Numbered from the stretch's first letter, positions 54,428 through 63,619 are shown. The stretch is DNA of 64,000 nucleotides from Oscillospiraceae bacterium (GCA_024684395.1 JAIKWY010000094.1:10459-74458), one strand, 5' to 3'. Notes: a model not told the origin generated them from the letters alone. Numbers and translations: made by a program.

Positions 54428-54513
54428 GCGGGGAGCCCCATCACATTTTATGCTATTTCCTCCGCACAAGAAAGAGCGGAGAGAACCAATTTTATCATAA
54501 GGAGGAACTCATC

Positions 54514-55290
54514 ATGAACTTTACAAAAAAGGTCCTTAGCAGCGCCGCTGCGATCGGCATGGCAGCAGTGTGCCTCGGCAACGCCGTTCTGCCTGCGATG
54601 GCAAATGACGGGCTGATGCTCGGCGACCTCAACAACGACGGCGTGGTCAACGCCAGTGACGCCGCCAAGGTGCTGATCGCAGCCGCCAGTCTCGGCGCAG
54701 GAAATGAAAGCGGCCTGACCGAAGCGCAGACGATCTGCGGCGATGTCAACGAGGACGGCATCCTCAACGCTTCGGATGCTGCACAGATTTTGATCTATGC
54801 CGCCTATATCGGTGCAGGCGGTACCGGCTCGCTGAACGACTTCCTCCATCCGAGTGAGAAGCCGGCTTCGGCAGGCTTATGGTCGATCGAACCGATGGAA
54901 ACAACGCCGGGCGAGACAGTAGCCATCGCAGTCAAGGTCAAGGGAGCCACAAAGGGCGTGAACAGCTACATCATGAAGCTCAGCATTGATCCCCGTCTGG
55001 TGGTCGTTGATGCGATGGGCGGCGATGCGTTCAAGTCTGCCACATTTGTTGCCAATAAGCGTGACGGCTATTTTGCGGGAACGAACTACACGACCGACCA
55101 GGATATGGTCGCAGAGGATAACAGCACGGTATGCTTTGTGACCGTCAAGGTGCCGGATGATGCAGCGCCGGGCGACCGCTACATTCTGCAATTTGAAGAT
55201 CTCTGCATCTGTGATTATGCAATGAACACCTATCGTGCAGACACGCAGGATGGTTACGTGCTGATCCATGAGCCCAAACAGCAATCATAA
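54514..55290 (+). CDS. signal peptide - dockerin - cohesin-like adaptor protein (copy 1)
   Basis: Start trimmed to MNFTKKVLSSAAAIGMAAVCLGNAVLPAMA. Dockerin repeats: DLNNDGVVNASDAAKVL and DVNEDGILNASDAAQIL. Cohesin-like pattern: PGETVAIAVKVKG...VNSYIMKLSIDP...CFVTVKVPDDAAPGDRY. Confidence 0.75.
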   Translation: MNFTKKVLSSAAAIGMAAVCLGNAVLPAMANDGLMLGDLNNDGVVNASDAAKVLIAAASLGAGNESGLTEAQTICGDVNEDGILNASDAAQILIYAAYIGAGGTGSLNDFLHPSEKPASAGLWSIEPMETTPGETVAIAVKVKGATKGVNSYIMKLSIDPRLVVVDAMGGDAFKSATFVANKRDGYFAGTNYTTDQDMVAEDNSTVCFVTVKVPDDAAPGDRYILQFEDLCICDYAMNTYRADTQDGYVLIHEPKQQS

Positions 55291-55304
55291 AGGAGGCATT
55301 CCAC

Positions 55305-56057
55305 ATGAACTTCACAAAGAAACTTCTCACCAGCGCCGCTGCGGTCGGCATGGCAGCAGTGTGCCTGGGCAACGCTGCACTGTCTGCGATGGCAAATGAC
55401 GGGCTGATGCTCGGCGACCTCAACAACGACGGCGTTGTCAATGCCAGTGACGCCGCCAAGGTGCTGATCGCCGCCGCCAGTCTCGGCGCCGGACAGGGCA
55501 GCGGTCTGACAGAAGCACAGGAGCTCTGTGCCGATGTCAACGATGACGGCATCATCAACGCTTCGGATGCCGCACAGATCCTGATCTATGCCGCTTACAT
55601 CGGTGCAGGCGGCAGCGGCTCGCTGTACGACTACTTACACAAGGATGACGCAACGGTTGTCTGGTCTGTCAAATCGTATCAGGCGACCCCCGGTCAGCCC
55701 CTCACGATCCCTGTCACGATCCCGATCGCAGAAAAGGGCATGAACAGCTATACTGCCCAGCTCTACGCAGATCCGGGACTGACTGTCACGAAGATCGAGA
55801 ACGGTACTGCCTATCCGGATATGGGCTTTGTTGCCAATCTGGATGACCTGTCCTTTGCCGGAACGAACTACTCGACCAGCGAGGATCTGATGGCAGCGCA
55901 GGACAGCGTCCTCTGCTATGTGACCATTATGGTGCCGGAGAACGCCACGCCCAGTGATACGTACCAGATCGGATTCCTCAGCGCCACTGCAAGCGACTAC
56001 AGCATGAACACCTATACCCCCGACACATACGGCGCAGCTATCACTGTAATGGGCTAA
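55305..56057 (+). CDS. signal peptide - dockerin - cohesin-like adaptor protein (copy 2)
   Basis: Same architecture as copy 1. The dockerin half is nearly identical at DNA level to copy 1, including a 52-nt identical run. The cohesin-like half is divergent. Confidence 0.75.
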   Translation: MNFTKKLLTSAAAVGMAAVCLGNAALSAMANDGLMLGDLNNDGVVNASDAAKVLIAAASLGAGQGSGLTEAQELCADVNDDGIINASDAAQILIYAAYIGAGGSGSLYDYLHKDDATVVWSVKSYQATPGQPLTIPVTIPIAEKGMNSYTAQLYADPGLTVTKIENGTAYPDMGFVANLDDLSFAGTNYSTSEDLMAAQDSVLCYVTIMVPENATPSDTYQIGFLSATASDYSMNTYTPDTYGAAITVMG

Positions 56058-56093
56058 GCCTGCGGCTATCCTAAGACAAAGGAGGGATCCCAC

Positions 56094-56912
56094 ATGAACT
56101 TCACGAAAAAGATCCTTGGCAGCGCCGCTGCATTCGGCATGGCAGCGCTCTGTCTTTGCAATGCCGGTCTGTCTCTGATGGCGGATGACGGTCTGGCGCT
56201 CGGCGATGTCAACTATGACGGCTATGTCAACGCCAGCGATGCCGCCAAAGTACTGATCGCCGCCGCCAGCCTTGGTGCCGGAGAGGGCAGCGGTCTGACC
56301 GATGACCAGATCTACTGTGCCGACGTCAATTTCGACGGCATCGTCAACGCCTCGGATGCTGCACAGATCCTGATCTATGCAGCCTATATCGGTGCAGGCG
56401 GCACCGCAACGCTGTTTGAATATCTCCACCCGGGCGAGGAGCCGATCGATCCCACCGAGCCGGGCACGGAGCCGCCTGATGAGCCCCAAAAGCCCACGGA
56501 GCTGACCAGCAACGGCGTATGGTCGATCGGCTATGCCTCCGCATCCCCTGGCGATATTGTCCGCATCCCTGTCCTGATCTCGGAAACCACGATGGGCGTG
56601 AACAGCTATCTCCTGAACGTGCAGCTCGAAGCACCTCTGGAGCTCGTCAGCGTGGAAAACGGCAACGCTTTCAGGGAGTTCGAGGTCATCGCCAACCTGA
56701 AAGACGGCCGCATCGCTGCAACAAATTACCATAATGACAAGAACATCATCGCCGAGCAGAAGAGCACGGTATGCTATCTGAATGTCAAGGTTCCGGAGAA
56801 TGTTGCACCTGGCACCAGATTCACGGTAAGCTTAGATCATCTCAGGATCTGCGACTACAACATGACCACCTACACCGCCAACACGTCTGACGGGAGCATC
56901 GAGGTACAATGA
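56094..56912 (+). CDS. signal peptide - dockerin - Pro/Thr/Glu linker - cohesin-like adaptor protein (copy 3)
   Basis: Dockerin repeats: DVNYDGYVNASDAAKVL and DVNFDGIVNASDAAQIL. Linker: EPIDPTEPGTEPPDEPQKPTE. Cohesin-like pattern: PGDIVRIPVLI...VNSYLLNVQLE. Confidence 0.75.
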   Translation: MNFTKKILGSAAAFGMAALCLCNAGLSLMADDGLALGDVNYDGYVNASDAAKVLIAAASLGAGEGSGLTDDQIYCADVNFDGIVNASDAAQILIYAAYIGAGGTATLFEYLHPGEEPIDPTEPGTEPPDEPQKPTELTSNGVWSIGYASASPGDIVRIPVLISETTMGVNSYLLNVQLEAPLELVSVENGNAFREFEVIANLKDGRIAATNYHNDKNIIAEQKSTVCYLNVKVPENVAPGTRFTVSLDHLRICDYNMTTYTANTSDGSIEVQ

Positions 56913-56991
56913 TCCCCTAACCAAAGCCGCCGCCGTGGCGGCTCGGGGCATTGAAGCACAAAAGGCAGGGCGTTTTGCCCTGCCTCTTTTT

Positions 56992-58050
56992 TTACCAATT
57001 GCGATCCTGATACGGTGTACTTTCCACGCCCTTACGCTGGAGATCATTTACCATATGATCAAGCTTCCCCCTCCAGAACCGCTTGAACCAGGCTGTTTCG
57101 CCAAACAGCTTAACAATCGTCGGACTGACGGCATAGTAGGTGCGGACAAATGCCCGCCCGTACCATGTGCCTGCAAGCGTGGTATCCCTGTAGCGGCGCA
57201 GCGTCCAGACCTCCGGACAGTCATAGGAACCGTAGACACAGGTGGCGACATAGCAGCCGCTGGAACTTGAATAAATAGGCGGTGCCTGATAGTCAGGGTC
57301 GTATTTTTTTACTTTCTCTTCATATGCTTTTATTTTGTCAATGTTCACTTGACGATTCGCAAATTTGGGTACCAATATGCTATGTTCTTCTATACCGACT
57401 TTCCAACATGCAGCAGCGATTTTTCCATAGTCATCCCCGAAAAACTGGATAATATAGTCACCACAGTAATAGACTATATCTCTTGCCGCAGCACAAGCAT
57501 TAACATATTCTTGAGTGAACCGTCCTTGTATTGTATAACTAATTCCATCATAATGGTTTTTATAAGAATTAAATAATGCCTTTGAGGATCTGATCAGTCT
57601 TGCTGCCACTTCATCCACTGTTTTCATTTGTTCATCCGGATCCGTAACGTTTTCTTTGATCAATTTTAACACTGTGTCTTCACAATTTGTAAGCCGATTA
57701 GCAGCCGACTGGATTTCGCCTATTTTGCACTGCATGGACTGGAAATAGGTCGCATAGAAATTAGCCTCCCAGCTTGACGGATCCTTGACCAGAACCTGGC
57801 TATAATATTTCTCCGCATTTTCGCTGTTTCCGTCATCTCTCGCACGGCGGGCAAGAACAAGGAGATTTTCCAGTTCCTTGCTGGTATCGACTTTCACGGA
57901 GATCGGCTCTCCGCCATCCTCGCCCATCATCATCTTCCGTGCTTCTTCAACTGAATACTTGGTCTGGCAGTTCTGGCAGACAAAAAAGCCCTCCTGCTTG
58001 ACAAGATCAGTCCCGCCGCACATCTCACAGATCAATTGTTTCATACTCAT
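56992..58050 (-). CDS. zinc-ribbon / helical-repeat protein with conserved Cys-Tyr-Trp-rich C-terminal domain
   Basis: Start trimmed to MSMKQLICEMCGGTDLVKQEGFFVCQNCQTKY; 58044 is an alternative start. The C-terminus is GCYVATCVYGSYDCPEVWTLRRYRD...YYAVSP. The 5' two-thirds of the gene is low-GC. Confidence 0.7.
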   Translation of the reverse strand: MSMKQLICEMCGGTDLVKQEGFFVCQNCQTKYSVEEARKMMMGEDGGEPISVKVDTSKELENLLVLARRARDDGNSENAEKYYSQVLVKDPSSWEANFYATYFQSMQCKIGEIQSAANRLTNCEDTVLKLIKENVTDPDEQMKTVDEVAARLIRSSKALFNSYKNHYDGISYTIQGRFTQEYVNACAAARDIVYYCGDYIIQFFGDDYGKIAAACWKVGIEEHSILVPKFANRQVNIDKIKAYEEKVKKYDPDYQAPPIYSSSSGCYVATCVYGSYDCPEVWTLRRYRDTTLAGTWYGRAFVRTYYAVSPTIVKLFGETAWFKRFWRGKLDHMVNDLQRKGVESTPYQDRNW

Positions 58051-58171
58051 CGCCCCTTTCAGGTAAAAGTTTATAATTCCATTATACAACTATAGAAGCA
58101 TTTTGTCAATATCTATAGATGATTTTTTATTTCTTCAGATAGGTATATACTATCACTAAAGGAGTGGTGAT

Positions 58172-58486
58172 ATGGCGTATCCCTATACTGAAACAGGTGA
58201 AAGGATCCTGAATATGAGAAAAGCCCGGGGATTGACCCGGGAGAAACTTGCCGAAATGGCAGATATTTCTGTACAGTTCCTTGCGGACATCGAAAAAGGC
58301 CGCAAGAACATGACCGTCACGACCCTGCGAAAGCTCGCCGGCGCTCTCATGGTCACGACCGATTCCATCGTGAACGGCACAGAATCGCTGCCAACTGAAC
58401 TTGAAACACTTTGCCGCACCGTCCCGCCGGAAAAACAGGATAAGGTAGCTGCACTGCTCCGCTTGTATCTCGAAGCGATAAAATAA
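58172..58486 (+). CDS. XRE-family transcriptional regulator
   Basis: HTH: RGLTREKLAEMADISVQFLADIEKGRKNMTVTTLRKLA. Confidence 0.85.
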   Translation: MAYPYTETGERILNMRKARGLTREKLAEMADISVQFLADIEKGRKNMTVTTLRKLAGALMVTTDSIVNGTESLPTELETLCRTVPPEKQDKVAALLRLYLEAIK

Positions 58487-58580
58487 CAGTGGCTCGCAGA
58501 CTTTTCCGTCACATTCAGACAAAACTGCGCTGTTAATTTTGTGCAACCCTACAAAAACCGCTGTTGTCAGTAAAAAAAGC

Positions 58581-58609
58581 TTGATTTTTATAGCGATTCG
58601 TGCTATGAT
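58581..58609 (+). promoter_or_regulatory. sigma-A-type promoter (HMGL-like gene)
   Basis: TTGATT, 17 nt, TATGAT. Confidence 0.55.
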
Positions 58610-58675
58610 AGATATGCAATCAATTTAGTGCTTAAAAGCTTAAAAGCTTTAAATCGAAAAAGCGGAGGAATAACT

Positions 58676-59653
58676 ATGGAACGTAAGGGTAATCTGATGA
58701 CCTACAGACCGGACATCAAAGTCTTTGACGCCACCATTCGTGACGGCGGTCTGGTTAACAACTTCTTCTTCACGGATGAGTTCGTAAAAGCGCTGTATCT
58801 GGCAAACCTCAGAGCCGGCGTTGACTATATGGAAATGGGCTATCTTGCTGATACCGACATCTTCAAGGTGGACGATTTCGGCGACTGGAAGTTCTGCAAG
58901 GAAGAGAACCTGCGCCGCATCGTCGGCACGAACGAGACCGACATGAAGCTGTCCGTCATGGCAGACGTCGGCCGCTGCAACATCCGCCGTGACCTGCTCC
59001 CGAAGGAGGAGAGCGTCATCGACATGGTACGTGTGGCGACCTACATCAACACCATGCCGGCTGCCATCGACATGATCGAGTATGCTCACGAGCTCGGCTA
59101 CGAGACCACCTGCAACATCATGGCGATCTCCAAGGCGAACACCCCCGACATCGAGGAGGCGCTTGCCCTCTTAGCTGAATCCCATGTGGATGCCGTCTAC
59201 ATCGTAGACAGCTACGGCTCCCTGTTCCCGGAGCAGATCCAGAGCCTGACCAAGATGTACCTGAATGCGATGGAGCCCGCAGGCAAGTCTGTCGGCATCC
59301 ATGCACACAACAACCAGCAGATGGCATTTGCCAACACAGTCGAAGCCTGCTCGATGGGCGCATCCTTCCTCGATGCCACCGTCGGCAGCATGGGCAGAGG
59401 CGCCGGCAACTGTGCGATGGAGCTGCTACTCGGCTTCCTGAAAAACCCAAGATACAACCTGACACCGGTACTTGCTTTCTATCAGGACTACATCCTGAAG
59501 CTGCGTGAGGAGGGTCTGAAATGGGGCTACGATATCCAGTATCTCCTGACAGGCAAGATGAACCTCCACCCTTCATCGGCGATCGCCTTTACGAAGGAGG
59601 ATCGCACTGACTACGCCAACTTCTACCACCAGCTCTTCGACCTCGACCCGTAA
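58676..59653 (+). CDS. HMGL-like / DRE-TIM metallolyase family aldolase
   Basis: Start trimmed to MERKGNLMTYRPDIKVFDATIRDGG. It also has IHAHNNQQMAFANT (the HxH metal site). Confidence 0.75.
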   Translation: MERKGNLMTYRPDIKVFDATIRDGGLVNNFFFTDEFVKALYLANLRAGVDYMEMGYLADTDIFKVDDFGDWKFCKEENLRRIVGTNETDMKLSVMADVGRCNIRRDLLPKEESVIDMVRVATYINTMPAAIDMIEYAHELGYETTCNIMAISKANTPDIEEALALLAESHVDAVYIVDSYGSLFPEQIQSLTKMYLNAMEPAGKSVGIHAHNNQQMAFANTVEACSMGASFLDATVGSMGRGAGNCAMELLLGFLKNPRYNLTPVLAFYQDYILKLREEGLKWGYDIQYLLTGKMNLHPSSAIAFTKEDRTDYANFYHQLFDLDP

Positions 59654-59922
59654 GCGGGGAGCCCCCGCTGGCAGGTTGCTTCGAGGAGAACGGTGCACTG
59701 TTTTAACAAACACATGCCCCCATTGGCTGGCGCCAAAGGGGGCATCGTTGTTTTTTCTTCTCACATCGCAGCTAAAGCTGCTCCTGTTTCTCTCTTCGGG
59801 GTTTCAGCTTATGGTACATGTCAGAGGTTTTCTGTTCGGGCTTGCAGTTCACTAACAGCGCATGTGATGCATTTTCAGGTTAAACTTGTCTGGGCGTGCG
59901 CCTGCCCTGTGCGGGCACGCAC
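59654..59922 (+). repeat. composite intergenic repeat, family A copy 3 (fills a whole convergent intergenic region)
   Basis: It starts with the 21-mer GCGGGGAGCCCCCGCTGGCAG. CACATCGCAGCTAAAGCTGCTC is at 59762-59783. It ends with CCTGCCCTGTGCGGGCACGCAC (59901-59922), which also occurs at 19198-19219. Confidence 0.8.
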
Positions 59923-61512
59923 TCACCAGCCAGATTCTTCCGTCAGTTCAAAGCTACAGTTCTCCGTGACCTGTGCAGGATCGGTCACATCCTTGCCGAC
60001 TGCCACCAGTACCACGAAGCGCCCCTCCATCGCTTCACCGTAGCCGTAGGGATTCTTATTGACGATGTCGATCGTAACAGAGCCGTCCCCGGCGGTCGTG
60101 ACACCACGCACCTCCGGCAGTGTCTGGAGGTCGCCCTCTGTGATCTGTACCGCCCAAAGATGATGCTCTGCAAAGAACGCATCGTCATACACCGCCGCTA
60201 TCTCGCTGCGGACGGCATCGGGATCACGGCGATCACTGCTCAGCCAGTCTTTGAAGCCGGCGCCGCTGACGATCTCCCGGGGCTGGTACGTCTCCGTGAA
60301 GTATGCCGTGAGTGCTTCTGTGCTGTCGAGGATCATCTTCTTCCCTGACGTTCCATACAGCTCAAACGCCACGCTGACCCGCATCACCGTGTGATCGAGT
60401 TCGAGGAGATATGCCGGGAGCCCCAGCGTGGTGGCTTTGGCGCCGAGTGCCGCCGCATAGCTGAGCACCAGCGCCGCATCGGACGCATTGACAAAGCCGT
60501 CGCCGTTGATGTCACGCTCCGGGTCGGTGCTCCGTTCCGTATCCGTAGCACCCCGCTCGGCGGCGTCGATCAAAATGACTGCCGCATCCGAAGCATTGAT
60601 GCTGCCGTCATAGTTCACATCGCCGAACTCCGCCTTGGAGTGTGCGGCAAGCTGGAGCGCATAGGTCTGCACAGCGCCCTCATCATGCAGCGTATAGCCG
60701 GTATCGGTCTTTTCCATCGCATCGGCGATGGTTTTGTGTTCGGCGAGAATGCCGATCTTCCGGAAGCTGCCCTTCATGCGGTCGAATGCCGCCGTGCCGT
60801 TTTCCTCGGCATACCAATAGCCGCCGGTGTACAGGAGGATGTCCCCCTCGGCATAGTCTGCAAAATTGTCCGCAAAATAGCCCTCGCCCAGCTTCTCATC
60901 GCTCAGCACGGCATACAGCCCATCCGAGAGCTTCTGCTCCGTGAGCTGGAGCAGATAGGCGCTGTCCTCGGTCTTTTCCGTCACGACAAAGACGGTCTCG
61001 AAGTCCACATAGCTCGGCACACCGCTGAGGGAGATCCTGGTCACATCGTCCCGCTCCGCCGCCTGTAGGATCTGCGCCGGTGTCAGCGTGCAGGAGATGG
61101 TCGGTGCGAACATGCTGATATAGCCCCGGTCCTCGACCGCCACGCCGAGGTCATCGAGGAGCGCTTCGCCGGCGGGGATGTACAGGTCTTTCAGTGCGGC
61201 GTTCCGTGCCATGGTCTTCGCATCCACCCGCTCTTTTTCGGTCATGTTGTCGAGATCATACCCGGACAGATATTCCTGAATTTTCTGTTCCTTGTATTCA
61301 TCCGTATAATTCCGCCGCCAGATCCCCACGGGGATGCGCTCGGTTTGCAGTGCCAGTTCATCCCGCAGCTCCTCCGTGAGCTTTTCCTCGGGGGTGAGCT
61401 CCTGGAGATCCACGTACATCTGAACTTCGTCCGCTTCCTCCGCCACCGCAGAGAGCGGCACGCTGCACAGGAGCATGGCAGTGGCAGCCAGTAATGCAAA
61501 CAGTTTTTTCAT
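59923..61512 (-). CDS. secreted protein with internal dockerin, unknown function
   Basis: Signal: MKKLFALLAATAMLLCSVPLSAVA. Dockerin: DVNYDGSINASDAAVIL...DINGDGFVNASDAALVL. It is paralogous to the next gene over several blocks. Confidence 0.75.
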   Translation of the reverse strand: MKKLFALLAATAMLLCSVPLSAVAEEADEVQMYVDLQELTPEEKLTEELRDELALQTERIPVGIWRRNYTDEYKEQKIQEYLSGYDLDNMTEKERVDAKTMARNAALKDLYIPAGEALLDDLGVAVEDRGYISMFAPTISCTLTPAQILQAAERDDVTRISLSGVPSYVDFETVFVVTEKTEDSAYLLQLTEQKLSDGLYAVLSDEKLGEGYFADNFADYAEGDILLYTGGYWYAEENGTAAFDRMKGSFRKIGILAEHKTIADAMEKTDTGYTLHDEGAVQTYALQLAAHSKAEFGDVNYDGSINASDAAVILIDAAERGATDTERSTDPERDINGDGFVNASDAALVLSYAAALGAKATTLGLPAYLLELDHTVMRVSVAFELYGTSGKKMILDSTEALTAYFTETYQPREIVSGAGFKDWLSSDRRDPDAVRSEIAAVYDDAFFAEHHLWAVQITEGDLQTLPEVRGVTTAGDGSVTIDIVNKNPYGYGEAMEGRFVVLVAVGKDVTDPAQVTENCSFELTEESGW

Positions 61513-61547
61513 AGGGATCCCTCCATTCTTGTTTTGATAAATCGGGC

Positions 61548-63173
61548 TTATGAATGCAGATAGGCTTGCAGGTCGCCCTCAAATACATTGGCTCCGACCG
61601 CCGCCGCATATTGCAGGACAAGTGCCGCATCGGACGCATTGCAGATGCCGTCGCCGTTCACATCGGCAGAGGCTTCCTGCGAGAAATTCAGGTAGGTGTT
61701 CCCGCCATAGGCACCCATGAGGGCGGCGTTGTACAGGATGAACGCCGCATCCGAGGCGTTCACTGTGCCATCCATGTTCACATCGCCGTAGGAGATCGGG
61801 TACGCCGTCCCGTAGAGCCGGAGCAGCTCCGCACGGATGGCAGCTTCATCGCCCACAAGCTTGTAGCAGTTGGCATAGGTCGGCTGCACGGCATCGGTAA
61901 GCGCCGGACAGTCCGCCGTGTTGCCGAGCTTCCGGAACTTGCTTCCCGGGCTCGGTTTCAGGAACAGGCATTCGTCGGAATCGTCGTTATAGTAGAAATG
62001 GCTGTTGTACAGCACAATATCGCCCACTTCCAGATCCTTGCACTGCTCCGTGAAGAAGCCGCCGCTCATCCAGTCATTGAGCCGGAAGGTCATGTGCGCA
62101 TAGGTGCTCGCATCCGAGACATCCGTCCGGGAACGCTCCTGCGAGATCTCGAACAGATGCGCCTGCTCGTCGTCCTTTGCCGCCACCACGAACATCGTCT
62201 GAAAATAGAACAGGTCGGAGTTCTTCGCAAGCGAGAGACACGCCACCTCGTCCATCTGCGCCGCCTGTTCGATCTGTTCCGCCGTCAGGTTGCAGAGGAT
62301 CATCGGCGTGTAGGCGCTCGTGTAGATGCGGGATTGATGGTCTAACAGCAGCTTGTCCATGATCGCCGTCCCGGTGGTCGTGTACAGGCTGTCGAGCGCA
62401 GCCAGCCACGGGTCGCCGTCCGCTGTGGTGCTGAAAATGGCGGCTGTCTTTTCGATATAGCCCGCCGAATAGGTGCGGGGCGTGATGATGACCGGCTGAG
62501 AAGATCCCTTCCACGGCATATTCTCCCGCAGGCCCGGCGTGATCTTCTGGTCGGGATCCGCCAGCTTGTCCTGGTACATCGGCAGATCCTCCACGAGCTC
62601 CACCTGAAACGTGAGGTCCACGCTGTCCTCCCGCACGACCCTGTACATCGCACCCTCGGCATCTGTGATGATGATCTCCGGCTGGCGTGCAGGCTCCTCG
62701 AAGCCGTCGTTCTCCGGCGCGGCGATATAGTCCGTGCCTGCCACCGTGCCGATGATGTCGAACCGTTCGCCCTCACGATACTTCCACTCGCCGTCCTCGG
62801 GATATTTACCGTCCACGGTCTTACGGTGCATCTCATTGTACATGGTGCCCTCCTCCCACGTCATCGAGGAGCCGGTGTACTCGATCACATCGCCATAATC
62901 TGCTTCTGCGATGATCGCATTCACGAGCGGATCCTTGCCCTCTTCCAGGAGGAAGGTGCCCATATAGGCAGCAGCGTCCCCGGTAAAACGCTCCGGGACA
63001 ATATACGGGTCATTAACGCAACGCAAGGTCAGCACATCACAGGTCACGCAGTGCGCCTTTTTCATGACGATGAAACGCCGTGGCACGGTGTTTACATCCT
63101 CCGCCGATGCCGTGAGCGGTACGCTGCAAAGGAGCATGGCGGCGCCGGTCAGGATTGCCAATAGTTTTTTCAT
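61548..63173 (-). CDS. secreted protein with C-terminal dockerin, unknown function
   Basis: Signal: MKKLLAILTGAAMLLCSVPLTASA. Dockerin: DVNMDGTVNASDAAFIL...DVNGDGICNASDAALVL. Confidence 0.75.
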   Translation of the reverse strand: MKKLLAILTGAAMLLCSVPLTASAEDVNTVPRRFIVMKKAHCVTCDVLTLRCVNDPYIVPERFTGDAAAYMGTFLLEEGKDPLVNAIIAEADYGDVIEYTGSSMTWEEGTMYNEMHRKTVDGKYPEDGEWKYREGERFDIIGTVAGTDYIAAPENDGFEEPARQPEIIITDAEGAMYRVVREDSVDLTFQVELVEDLPMYQDKLADPDQKITPGLRENMPWKGSSQPVIITPRTYSAGYIEKTAAIFSTTADGDPWLAALDSLYTTTGTAIMDKLLLDHQSRIYTSAYTPMILCNLTAEQIEQAAQMDEVACLSLAKNSDLFYFQTMFVVAAKDDEQAHLFEISQERSRTDVSDASTYAHMTFRLNDWMSGGFFTEQCKDLEVGDIVLYNSHFYYNDDSDECLFLKPSPGSKFRKLGNTADCPALTDAVQPTYANCYKLVGDEAAIRAELLRLYGTAYPISYGDVNMDGTVNASDAAFILYNAALMGAYGGNTYLNFSQEASADVNGDGICNASDAALVLQYAAAVGANVFEGDLQAYLHS

Positions 63174-63619
63174 AACGATCCCTCCTTCGGATGGTTCCGG
63201 TTGGTTTTATCATAGCATAACAGAGCAGAATGATCAAGGCAGATTTTCTGAATATTTTGCTCTTTACTATATATATCGCAAAAGAGGGGCAGAACGTTAC
63301 ATGTCTTTATCAATTAGTCGTCTGAAAAGCGGCAATTTCTTACATTTTTTCAAAACTTTGTAGGAATGCATAAGCGAGAGGGGCAGGAGTTGTGCAGGGT
63401 GACGGGATGCAAAAAGCCCTCGGGGAACTCCCGGGGGCTTCAATCTGTCAAAAAAGTGCCAAAGGCACAAAACGGGGTTTTTAGGGGCGGTCGGGTTCAC
63501 ATCTACTCCCGACACTACTCGTCTTCGATCAGCATCCTGTCTCATCCTCGGTCGGAGCCCCTAAAGCGGCTGCGGTGCGCAGCACCGCCAAAAATTCCTC
63601 CCCCGCTTGCGGCGGAGGG

